A stretch of 49,125 nucleotides of DNA from Coniocarpon cinnabarinum. Its lineage: Eukaryota. The notes under the pieces were generated by a model that saw only the letters and a program-made list of their open reading frames with translations, searched no databases and was not told the origin of the DNA. The stretch spans positions 62,001 through 111,125 of the forward strand of contig JAVECO010000066.1 in assembly GCA_051942205.1 (NCBI GenBank), written 5' to 3'. Position numbers and translations under genes: made by a program. This document shows positions 36,417 through 47,860 of this stretch, in pieces (positions within the stretch are counted from its first letter, which is position 1; every line of letters starts with the position of its first letter).

Positions 36417-38726
36417 GTTGTGTTGCGTGGCTTCATGGTTAGACTGGGTGGTTGGCGGAAAGTACGGCCGTGTAGAAGTATAGGTATGCGGATGCAAGAC
36501 GTTTCTGAGTCCGTTAATTAGAATTTAGAGGCTGTGTCATAGTAACAATGTCTTACTGGACGTATGCGGAGTTGCCATCGAGCAGAGGCTTGTAGTCCAT
36601 GGTGAGGTTGCTCATGCTGCTGGATGGATGATGCACGGGCCTCGGTCGTGCTTGAATGCTGTTGCGTGGTTTGGAGCGCCTCTCAGTATCCGCGTTTAGG
36701 GCGAGGTCGATGGGTCAGCTTTTTCCAAAGCTGAACGATTTTGCGCGACCAACGTTTAGGACGCGAAAGGTCCTCAGTATCGTCGGAGAACGCTGAGGGA
36801 GGCTGGATCGCTTCTATGTCTTCACGGATTATTTCAATACCGTGTTGATCCATTACGCTTTTGAATGTGCAAATGGTGACAATCATCACGGGAACCTTAG
36901 GCTTGATATGAGACGCGAAGCGCACAATTCCCATACTGAGTAATTTTGGACCTATACCAGTCAGCATTGGGTATCAGCATGTGATGCGTCCGGTCTGAAG
37001 TTGCTCGTTTGCGTCTGCCTCATGACCAAGGCAAGCCCTCTATGGGTGAGCCTGCCCTTCAACTGGTCATGCAAGCGACCACTATGACGAGAGTAGCAAG
37101 GCAACTCAAGCGAGCCCAAGAGAGCAAACAAAGACGTAAAGGAAATGCGTCGACATACCTAAAGGGTTTAGAACATGTAGCATACGCATCAATGCTGACA
37201 CGCGAAACGTGATAGCGTGACGTGATGGCAGACAAAGGCTGGAAGTTGCAACCCACAGTCTGCCTCTCGCCAACAGCTGCCGTGATGTCTGAGCCCCGCG
37301 ATGGTTCGCAGCGGCTCTCAGATACGTGTAGGCTTGACCGCACTGACGATGCATGACATGGCATAGTCATCATCGTGATTGGTGCCCAAGCCAAAGCCGA
37401 ACCTGCCGCCGAAACTTGCAGGAACCGGCCCGCACTCAAAGATGAAGGATGATGCCGGACATCACCACCAAGAAACTGAAACTCGGCGAAGACGACCACG
37501 CTGGTTTGATGACGCGAAACTTTTCTGACTCTTGCAACGATGGTCTTCCTGATTCTGAGCTTGGTTCGAAACACGACTCGGCCGTTGAATGCCGAACCTA
37601 CAATGCATAAACCTTACCGTCGAACGCGAGGTGAGAAAGGAAATACTTTCCATTCGCGTCTGTATTGCCGCACGCCTAATTTGTCACCGATGCCTTGATG
37701 GCCTGAACATTCTACGCTGTTCACGTTGCTCATGGAAAACGACAAAGAGTCTACTGCAGTGCGAACATGGGGACATGAAGGTGAAAAAAGAATCTTCCTG
37801 GAGCAAATGATGACAACAAGGCCAGTCATGATGAAGATCCAGCCTGCCGGAACATGGCTGCGGACTCGCGTTTGTTGGAGGAGCTCGTGAATGTGTGCGA
37901 CAAGACAGTCAGCCACTCTGCTCTACTGACTGCTGTGTCTTGATCTCAACACGGAAAAAAAAGGGTGAAAGAATTGAAAATTTCTCTGCAGAGCCACGAC
38001 TTTGGACACACGGGAGGCAAAATAATGGCTGGAACTGCGGTCAAGATGATCGACTCAAGCGTCGCGTGTAGATTGATGCTGTGTGCCAACAAAGTGACAA
38101 GGAATGCCGCCGGCACCAGCGCTGCTGGAGAGGACGCGAGCACTTGCAAGGCGACGCCAAGTGCACAGAAGACAGCGACAAGCGGGCCGAGACCCTCACT
38201 GGCCTCGTCGGAGCCGTCACAACCAGATTGGAAGAAGAGAAAGAAGAGCAGCGGGTGGCAGAGAGGGAGGGAGAAGATTCGTCTGGAGTGCAGTTGAGGC
38301 CCACGACGGCAGCATGGGGAAACGTGATTGCAGCGGCCGCGGCGGAGTGGGCGCAGAGGGCGGGGCGCCACTGCTACAATTCCTGCAGCAACCACCCCCA
38401 CCTCGCGTTGACCGCCCCTCTGTTTTGCCCCCACCAATTAATTAGCGCTCCTCACCACGCGTCCGCCTCTCTCCACCACCTTTTCTCTTCCCTTTCTCCC
38501 CTCGCTCGCCGGCAGCTTTGCGACGATTGTCACTTCTTCCACACTCTCCTTTTCTTTTGGGTTCAGGCGTTCTGGTGTCCTTACAACTCGAAGATTCGGC
38601 GTTTGGGCTCCTCCAGCCGCCGCAGCAGCACCAATCACCTCGCACGTGCTTTTTACACCCTCAAGACGCTCCCTCCAGAAGCAGAATCTTCCAACTTCCC
38701 AGCAACTTCGCAATTCATCTGCAGCC

Positions 38727-40729
38727 ATGGAGATTTGCGGTGTCAACGATTTTCCAAACCTCCAGCAGCTCTACAACGCGGGCGTAATCTCGCCCGCCCA
38801 CCACGATGACGTGTTCCAGCCTCTCAAGACCAACGCCACTTCGCGAATCTACCTCATCAAGGCCGACATCACCAAGCTCCGTGTGGATGCCATCATGAAT
38901 GCTGCTAACGAGTCCCTGCTCGGCGGGGGTGGTGTTGACGGCGCCATCCACCGCGCTGCTGGACCGGGGCTCCTCGACGCCTGCCGCGACCTGCACGGCT
39001 GCGCAACAGGCAGCGCAAAGATCACGCACGGATTCGATCTCCCGGCAAAATTCGTGATTCATGCGGTCGGGCCCATGTACAGCCGTGGACGCCAGCACGA
39101 AGAGAACGCAGCCCCCCTCGCCTCATGCTACAAGACCACTCTCGATCTCGCCGCAAGCCTTGCATGCAAGAGCGTTGCTTTCAGTTGTGTTAGTACGGGA
39201 ATATACGGCTTTCCCAACGAGGAGGCCGCCGAGATCGTGTGCAGACTCCTGCGGGAGTATTTTGATAGTGACCTCGAGCACAAGGCGGAGGCTGTGCTCA
39301 TTTGCTGCTTCCTAGATAAAGACATGGAAGCCTACTCGCGATGCCTGCCATTTTACTTCCCGCCACACCACGGTGAAGCTTCACAAGAGACTGAGCCACA
39401 AACCGAGCAAGACAAAATGCAAGGAAATGAGCAACAGGATTTGCAGAAGGATCAGCAGGAAGACGAGCAGAAGAATGAGCAAATAGAGCAGGAAGCTGAA
39501 GAACAGGGTAAAAATCTCCTTTGAACTTCATTTGCCTGAAATTGGATGGTCCATGTACTTATGCAGTGAAAACAGACCTATCCCAACATGAAGATGAAAT
39601 TGACAGCCAATATGAAATTGAGATTGAACATGAACATGAGATGAATAAGGACTCTGGCCCTAGAGGCCCAGACCTCGACAAGTTGCACGGCACCGTACCT
39701 TCAATTGTTCTTTACCCCCCCGGTACTACTTATGGCGTCGTAATCAACTCCTTCCACATTGAGGAGCGTCGAGACTCCACCGTCCTAGCCCAGAGCTACA
39801 CCGATGACATGCTGGCGGGTGTTGACATGCATGGAGTCTTCGAAGACTCAGACGAGGAGTCAACACCCGATGTGACAACGCCAACCGAAAGATCCCATGC
39901 CTCTGACCTCCGTTCCATTGATGAAATCAACAGCATCAACGTGCTTCGCCAGTGGGTGTCTCTGGCACCCGACGTGTTTACAAGCGCTTCCATTGATGGG
40001 GCTCGGAGTAGCATCTCTGCGACGCTGAATATGCTTGGAAGACACCGCAGAGGCGTTGAATTGCAGGCCTGCAAAGTTAACTCTGACGACGAATCTTGTA
40101 GGAACCGTGGCATCGAGCTGATGCCTACAATAGCAGAAGAGGACGAGGACGCTGAGAACAGCAATCAGGGTGCACCCCTAGCGACCCGAGCACCCTCAGC
40201 ACCCCCAGCATTCCCAGCGCCCCCTGCACCCTCTGGGGCCCCAGCTCCTTCTGCAGAGGACGTCCGCAATGCTAATTCTGCCCGCCAGCCCCAAAGATTG
40301 CTGGTGAACAAGCAAGGGATTGTCCCGATGCCTTCAGTAATAGAAGCGGAGGACGAAGACACAGAGGACGAGGACGCGTGGTACGAGGACGAAGACTCAG
40401 AATTCGAAGATGATGACCTCGAGTCACTGGGCTCCTCCTTCTGGGACGATGTCCCGGAATCCAACGATCCAGATCGCGACTGGATACTTGGAAGAGCCCT
40501 AATCTACACCGAGCTTTGGGATGGTGAAAGAACCCGCTCGATCCTCAGCATGGGTGGTCCAGGCTACGATTTTTATTGCGACCCCGAACGCTACCGGGAC
40601 ATACACCGGTACCGCGAAGACATGAGGCAGTGGCACGAGATCAACGCCCAAGTTGCCCTCCAGCGGGCGTATCGTAATGACCCGACCTCGACGTACTTCG
40701 TACTCGTTCCCGAATACTTTTCATCTTGA
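38727..40729 (+). CDS. MacroD-type macrodomain protein (ADP-ribose/O-acetyl-ADP-ribose hydrolase), probably fused to a ~390-aa acidic C-terminal region
   Basis: ADITKLRVDAIMNAANESLLGGGGVDGAIHRAAG, LPAKFVIHAVGP and SVAFSCVSTGIYGFP. Putative intron 39508-39566 (G|GTAAAA...GCAG|TG) joins in phase to ORF 39521-40729. The macrodomain is certain; the fusion is less so. Confidence 0.85.
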
Positions 40730-41195
40730 ACGACTGCCCTTCTCCCACAAAATGGCTGCGATCTACCTTGGCACGGAACCAGAAGCGACAACAGCTTCTC
40801 AGAGTCGCACGCCAACGACTTGACCCTTTTTTCTGGAAGTCAAACAGCACTTTTTGCTCATCGTTGCCAGTTTGACTAATTTTCTTCGGTTTTTGTACGA
40901 TCATCTGGATGATACTGTAATGAGATACCCCCTTTGCGAATATGTTGGTTATGATATCACGGCCGGGTTGGGCGGGCATCGTGGCGAGGATCTCGCATTA
41001 AGCAGCTCGAGATTGCTGCACATAGTTTGCATGAAAAGGTTCATAGTCATGCACATGAATAAATCAATTTTCCTAAGAGCTCTTTCCGCCGGACGGTGCT
41101 GAGAGAACTGTTGCTGTTTCTGTAGACAACCCGGCCAATTGCGATATTAAAACTGCTCTGAATCTCTTCGGTCGAGGTCTTGATGATGATCATCA

Positions 41196-42485
41196 TCACT
41201 TCCACTGTCCACCACGGCTTAGTTTCTTGACTTCCTCACAGACAGCTTCTGTTACGTCCTTCGTCCCACCCGTCCCTCCCAGATCCCTCGTCCTCACGCC
41301 CGCGCCAGTCACATTCTCTATCGCCTCCATCAATCTGTCTGCCGCCTCCGCCATGCCTTTGACCCCTTCACCCTGCGTCACGCCTTCGGCACCCCTGGCT
41401 TGATTGTCCACGCCTCCCAGCCATCTCACCATCTCCGCAGCACTCCAGAACGCGCCGATAGGATTGGCAACGCCCTTGCCAGCAATGTCCGGAGCGCTGC
41501 CGTGGATAGGCTCGAACATGCTTGGATATCTTCTCGTCGGATCGAGATTCGCACTCGGGGCAATGCCAATACTGCCACCCAGAGCAGCAGCCAAATCGCT
41601 CAGGATATCAGCATGCAAGTTCGTGGCGACGATGGTATCAAGGCTCGCGGGATTGTTGACCATCCGCACAGTCATGGCATCCACCAGCATCTTATCATGC
41701 GTCACTTTTCCTTCCCACTCCTTCGCAACTTCATAAAACACCGCATCCCACAGCACCATGCCATGGCGCTGGGCATTGCTCTTCGTCACCATTGTGAGGT
41801 GTCTACGCGGTCGCTGATACGCCGCTGCGAATGCAAAACGGAATATACGCTCGAGGGCTGGTCTCAAGAAAATGGCGAGTTCTGTGCCCAGCTCATGGGG
41901 TGAATTCGGATGCGTCAGCCCGCCCTGACCGGAGTACTCGCCCTCTGAGTTCTCGCGCACGATCAGCCAGTCGAGTGAGCTGGGATCCTTCGCGACAGAT
42001 GATAACGGAGCCGTCACGCCGGGAAGAACGCGTACTGGGCGTAGATTGACGTATTGGGAGAGCTCTTTGCGGATGGGTAAGATGAGGGACCAGAGGGAGA
42101 TGTGGTCCGGGACCGCTTCGTCGAGTAAGCATGCGTTGAGGACCAACAAGCGAGAGGGAAGGGCATACACGGCCAGCCTACTGCACCGAAGAAGATGGCG
42201 TCGCTTTGCTTCAGGCGGGTGATGCCATCGGAGGGCATGTAATAGCCACGTTTGGCGTAGTTCTCGCTGCTGTAGTCAAGGTGGTCGAACTTGAAGCTAA
42301 AGGCATTGTTGGAGGCCTCAGCGAGGGTGTTCAGGACTTGAATTGCTGGCGCATTCTCCGTCAGGACTGATTCCTCACGCGCTCAAGACAGGTTACATTA
42401 GTTGACACGTACCAGCCTCAGTGATCTCAGTGCCGATGCCATCACCAGGTATGGACGCGACCTGGAAGACTCGAGGAGAAGCCAT
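41196..42485 (-). CDS. Tartrate dehydrogenase/decarboxylase (isocitrate/isopropylmalate dehydrogenase family)
   Basis: ASIPGDGIGTEI, DAIFFGAVGWP-VPDHISLW, QYVNLRP, VRENSEGEYSGQGG, VTKSNAQRHGMVLWD, NLHADILSDL and SMFEPIHGSAPDI. Two introns (~42347-42411, ~42116-42169). Confidence 0.95.
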
Positions 42486-43492
42486 CGCGGTGGGTTTCAC
42501 CTCCACGACGCTCATGGACACAGTGCAATCTGGACACAGCCATTGCGCACAGCAGCTTCATCGGCGTCATACTTGATTAGACAGACTGGACAATGACGCA
42601 GATTCGGCAGATGAAGAAGCGAACGGCGTGGGGTCGTACATTGGGATTTGGTTCGCTGTCGAGTCATGTCGCCAGGGGTGTCGACAGCTACTGACACGCT
42701 CCAGACTTCCATCCGTACCTAATCGATCTCCATTACCACGTTGAACAAGAATATTCGGCATGTCACCAGCTATTCCTGAGGCGCGCGCTCCTGGCATTTA
42801 CCCCGACATGAAAGTGCTGGAAAATTACATGTCGGCCAGGCGCGGGCGACAGGTGAACCCCGCCATGCATACTGTAATCACTGATGTTTTTGCGCCGGTG
42901 GGAGTCCTTAGACTTGTCGGCACAGTGAAACCATGCTTGAGTCTCGCAATTGATGTCCTCACAATGTAGCCTGCGCAATTTGCACTGCCCGGGAGCTCTG
43001 GGGAGGATGGCTGGCAGTCAATTTCGCATACCAACGCCTGCGATGTATCACCTTGCAATCACGAGACGTACTACCACAAGACGCAGAAGGTGACAGGCCA
43101 GCCATCGTTCCCAATCAAGCCTGACCGCCGGGCGAGCTGTTCACCTTGACCTCTGGAAGGTCTAGCGTCTGCTCACATGGAGGCAATGTTTGCCTCTGAG
43201 GCAGTCCACCGCCCAATCTCACCGCCGATACCGTTCACGAGCAAGGTGGGCTGCCTGGTTTCAAGGTGATGTGAAGGGTTTCTTCGCCTCTTCTTTTCTT
43301 TCTCGTTGCCTCAGTGATCCGTCGGAAGATTGTACTTTTTGCAATTCAAACGACCGCTAGAGACAGAGCAACATTCGTACATTGCCAGCTCACGCAGTCT
43401 TCCTTCAATTGAATTCGAAAGTGTCCTCAAGAGACCGTAACAACGCGGAGAAGCCTCCTTGTCAAGCACTCGGTCAATCTCACAACCGCACA

Positions 43493-44572
43493 ATGCCTCG
43501 CCGCTGTGCTGCTCAAGACGATGGCGTCCGCGAATATGAGCAACCACTGTACCCGTTCGGACCTCCAGGGAGGCTCGAACCAGATCTCTCATCAACATTG
43601 CTGGCCCAGTCCTTCACACCTCCAGATCTGAACACCCTGAGACGCTCCTCGCCAGGTCCCACGGAAGTGGAGAATGAGCACGCACAATCTGAAGCTGAAA
43701 CCGTCGAAACTGCCCAAGAAGAACTCACCGAACGCCCCGCTCCTCGCTCCGCTCCTCCTGCCTTACCGGAACGCCCACCACTACCACCGCATGGCCCTAC
43801 TCAAGATGAGATTCTGGGGCTGTGGCCCACGCACTCTGATCCAGGTACGGCGACCACGCCCTCGGAAAGCCAAGATTCCGGCTATGAACTGGAGACGTTC
43901 TCACCGCGTACTCCTGGTCGGCCTGATAGTCTGGATTTGATGACGCCAACCCCTCCGCCGGCTGCTGGTCATGAGATTGTTCCTCCATCCCCGAGTGGGG
44001 CATCTGATAATCCAGGGATCCTCTGGCCACCAGCCGACCGGGGCAGGGACACGACGTTGTACGATCACATTACCCGCCAAATCGTCCAACCGAGCGCAGC
44101 AGAAAGCGTACAATTGACTGCGAGCGGGCACTACACCGTCAACGTCAACGGTGACGTTGTTGTTGCAGATCCAATTGGTACGTCAGCTCCTTACGGATAC
44201 CTTCTGCACCTGTACAGACGTCTAATCTCCTGCACAGATCCCTACACCTTCGTCAGAACCAACCCCTCCCTCTTCGCCCCCCTCCATCGACCAAGCGCAC
44301 CCAATGTCCTCGAGCTGGCCTGGTCCCAAGGCTTCTGCTACTACCCCGCCTACCTCCCGCACTTCAGCGGGAACCTCTTCCTCCGCTGGATCGACCCCTC
44401 CGGCGCCACCATCTGGTCCCGCATCGCGGAAGATGCCAACGACCCGGCGAGCCTGTTCACGGAACCTCGCCACTATGCAGTATTCCATCCGTTGTTCGGC
44501 CGATTTCCGCCCAATTTCGGGGCCGGCAACTACATTGACAACACCAATGGGAACTGGTGGGTCCGGGTGTGA
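43493..44572 (+). CDS. Orphan protein, cluster member A: P/S/E-rich disordered N-terminus plus aromatic-rich C-terminal domain ending FPPNFGAGNYIDNTNGNWWVRV
   Basis: Long ORF from ATG 43493, with a 60-nt phase-1 intron 44178-44237 (G|GTACGT...CTAAT...ACAG). C-terminal motif shared with the next two genes. Confidence 0.75.
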   Translation: MPRRCAAQDDGVREYEQPLYPFGPPGRLEPDLSSTLLAQSFTPPDLNTLRRSSPGPTEVENEHAQSEAETVETAQEELTERPAPRSAPPALPERPPLPPHGPTQDEILGLWPTHSDPGTATTPSESQDSGYELETFSPRTPGRPDSLDLMTPTPPPAAGHEIVPPSPSGASDNPGILWPPADRGRDTTLYDHITRQIVQPSAAESVQLTASGHYTVNVNGDVVVADPIGTSAPYGYLLHLYRRLISCTDPYTFVRTNPSLFAPLHRPSAPNVLELAWSQGFCYYPAYLPHFSGNLFLRWIDPSGATIWSRIAEDANDPASLFTEPRHYAVFHPLFGRFPPNFGAGNYIDNTNGNWWVRV

Positions 44573-44986
44573 GTGTGGCGAGGTGCTGCTGAGCACGGGG
44601 AGTATGGCGAAGTTCTCGTTTGTTGTTACAAGGGCCTTGTGTAGACGTGATCGTATCACGTAAAGGTTTGTAGAAACTGCAGCGATTGGCTGTGGAATAT
44701 CGAATGATCAGACAGTGTTTTCCGCATTTTTATTGAGCTTCTCATTGGCTACAAAGCGTGTTCGCCGTTTTCCTTGTGGATTCGTGACCTCGTTTGGTGA
44801 CCATAGCATCGCTGCCTCGAGGACTGTTTGCAGTTCGCATGCTCGTTTGTCTTTTGAGCCGCGCGCCATTCTTAGGCTATATATTTGGCCGTTCATCGAG
44901 CTTTCGATGCAGAGATGTGTTAACTTTTCAATCACTATTTTCACTATTCTTTTGCTGCCTTTAATTGACCGAGATCCTCATTGAGA

Positions 44987-45446
44987 ATGTCTTCTGATCC
45001 TATCATCGAACCCGACGATCCACAGATCGACACGATCAAAGACGCCATCGTCCAAAACCAATGGAACCAGCTCGCAGCTCTAGACTTTTCCGAAGAATTC
45101 GTCGAAACGGGTACGTCCGCCCCATGCCGTCCGCGTCGCAACTAACATGCGAACCACAGTGAACGTCCCTCACGATCTGGGCTTCGAAGACGTGCAGAAC
45201 ACCAACTGGGCGGCGCCCTTCTACTTCCGCCGCAAAGACCTGGACAGTCCCCGAGGCCGCCTGCGCCTGTTTTATCCCAAGCAGGGCGACGCGGCTGCGC
45301 ATTTTTCCGAGGTCCCGGAGACCTTCGTCGGCTCTCAGGATCCCTCGCATGCGAATTGGGAAGCGGTCTGTGGACGGTTTCCGCCGCGGTGGGGCCCCGG
45401 GTTGTATGTGTGTGCGGCGATGAAGCAGCTCTGGATTCGTGATTGA
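44987..45446 (+). CDS. Orphan protein, cluster member B (136 aa), ending FPPRWGPGLYVCAAMKQLWIRD
   Basis: Exon 1 44987-45110 (MSSDPIIEPDDPQIDTIKDAIVQNQWNQLAALDFSEEFVET), phase-1 intron 45111-45159 (GTACGT...CTAAC...ACAG), exon 2 in frame. Strong C/G third-position bias. Confidence 0.8.
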
Positions 45447-46045
45447 TGGGTGAGAGCGTGGTCTCGAGGAAGCTTCTGTTCCTCGACGGACTTGAAGCGC
45501 AGGTGATGGTTGAGTGTTGGAGCAGAGATGCCGTCATATACTCGATGCAGATCTATGACGGTCTAATTTCCTTTGTTAAATGATAGTAATGTCTAATATG
45601 TATGAGATCCCCTCATTCTCCACCCATGGACGAAGAAGATCTCCCAATGAAACCCAAGTGTGAAAGCTCAAACGTGAAAACTTGCACTGCTAATCTTCAA
45701 AGTCGCACAAGAGCAGCAAGCGAACTTCGGGCAGGAATATTGCGTCGAATGAATATGATCACGTTCACTGGCACGTCATCGTTTACACCCAGCGCATCTG
45801 ACGCTGAAACACGTTTGCTCGATGAAGGTTTCACTGTCATACCCGCTGAGTACCGAACTGCCATCATCACCGCCATGGTCTGGCTGCCTGGAAATGTGAC
45901 TTGGTTCGCACGCGTGCATATCTAATTCCTCAATCAACACCACCATGGCAATCGAAGGAGCATCGTTGTTTACTCCTGCGTCTTGTGCGGTCTGCTCAAC
46001 CAACTGCCTTCACAAGCACTTCATCTAACCAGGGATTTGTCCAAA

Positions 46046-46630
46046 ATGTCTTGGTCTTGGAAAGCTGCCTACCAGGCTGGGAACTAGGGCATTGACGCGT
46101 CACTACCTGCTACCACGAGCGGACATTGGAGCTATGAAGAGGGAGGCTACGCTGCAATAGCAATTGCAACCGGTACGTACACTAGTGGTAACGTGTGGTT
46201 CAACCGCTCAAGAGTTTAATCTAATAATCAAATGACAGGGCCTTCAGACGTCGTCAACCTCGGCGTCACCACATCAATCTCACCTCTCGAAGTTCAGAGT
46301 CACCCACTAGCGCCCGACCAGCGAACCTGGGATTATCACAATGATTACTTGTTCGTGCCTCTGCAGTGTCTGCAGCCTGAGCCAGTACATGACTGGGAAG
46401 GTGTCCTGCATGTACTCAAGCCGGATGTAGACGTGGAAGATGCAAAGAAGGACATAAAGAATGGGGAGAATTGGCTGTGGCATGACGAAGACCAACTGAA
46501 CGGCACCAAGCGCTTCAAAGAGCGACATGACTTTTCTCGGAGAGACCGGTTCCACCACTGGCTTCCTCCTAATTGGGGGCCTGGTTTGTATACTGATAAG
46601 AATACCCTCGTCACCTGGCGACGCACGTGA
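46046..46630 (+). CDS. Orphan protein, cluster member C, ending LPPNWGPGLYTDKNTLVTWRRT; exon 1 contains an in-frame TAG (pseudogene, edited/readthrough gene, or downstream start at 46232)
   Basis: ATG 46046: MSWSWKAAYQAGN*GIDASL...AIAIAT, phase-1 intron 46173-46238 (GTACGT...CTAAT...ACAG), exon 2 open to 46630. TAG at 46085-46087. Confidence 0.65.
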
Positions 46631-47860
46631 GCAGAGGAGGAGCAAGGAGACCAACTCGAGCGTCTGCGTCGTTGAGGTATTCACGAGTCCTTTGGAAGAC
46701 GTTGTTGGGACGCCAGCATGGAATTTTGCCCTCGTAATTGTGCCGAGAAGTCACATCCAATCTCGTCGCCATTGATGAATCTGATTGAGCTTTCAGTTCG
46801 ATGCACGATGCTTGAGATTCCTGTATATTGATGATGATGACAATGAGTAATGATACGTATGAGATGTTCATCTACCATCTCGGACGGAGTAGACCGTGTC
46901 TTGAAGAGTGTCGCATCCTTCTCTTTCAAAACCGAAGCATGTGGTAGATCGCCGTGGTTCAAGTCAAGCTCGATTGAGTCAACATTGGCTCTCTGGTCCA
47001 TGGAACAACAGACAGATGTCATTCCGCTTCATTTCGTTGACGTGCCGCTCGTTACAAGTGTATCTCACGGTTCGACTTTCGCTTCCTCGAGCCGCCTTCA
47101 TTGTTGTGCGACATTGGTCTCTAATCGTTCTCGGAGGTCTTACTCACCAGAAGCTTCCGACTGTTTAGACATTCTTTGCACACGATCGACGACACGTACA
47201 AGATCAGAGTTTTCCAGCACTCAGCTCAACATCGTTAACGCTACCATGCTCAGGTACTGATTCGCGGGCTCATTAGGAAGGACGCCCATAGAGAAGATCA
47301 ACGAAGAGTTGCACAGGGTTAGCTTCTGGTTTCATCCTTCCAAAGTTCAAAGCCAGCTTTGTGTTATGCCATTGGGCCCTTCAATCCGGCGAAGCCTGCT
47401 CAATCACAACCATGGCTGCTTCAAACCGGTCGTAGAACTAGATCAAAATTCTTTGTCGATATCAACTAGAGGTGCCTAGTGAGACTACTGTAACATAGTC
47501 TCGCCTTAAGCTGCCGCGCTTTGCGCCATGTGGTGTCTTGCAGACATTGTTACCCTTTATCCTCAGCTCGTCGTGTAAGGAAGCCTGGAATCCCGCCTGC
47601 AACTACCAATTCATGCGCTTGACGGCAACCACAAGAATACGTATTCCGCTGCGCAAAATCATCATCGGCACTCTCTCATCCATCATGTGTTCATGAGGTC
47701 TCGCGGGCCCAGTCATTGTAAAGAAAAGGAAGGCAAGAAAAAGGAGATACAAACATACCTAAAGAGGCAAGTTCAGTGCTGCTTCGACGATGGCGTGAGT
47801 GGAAGCATCGTGATCATCCTCCCCAATCCACTGTCAAGATAAAAACGAGAACGGAAGCAA

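Noticed and set aside
36683..38440. ORFs 36683-36967, 37059-37574, 37946-38437 and 38081-38809
   Set aside because: No recognisable domains, and compositions look like antisense or non-coding frames. The 38.4-38.7 kb pyrimidine-rich tract fits the macrodomain gene's promoter and 5' UTR.
11801..42485. Extended nitrogen/metabolic gene cluster (niaD, niiA, DAL5-like permease, tartrate dehydrogenase)
   Set aside because: The genes are separated by unrelated housekeeping genes (BOS1, TPT transporter) and 10-kb gaps. Only the niaD-niiA linkage is supported.
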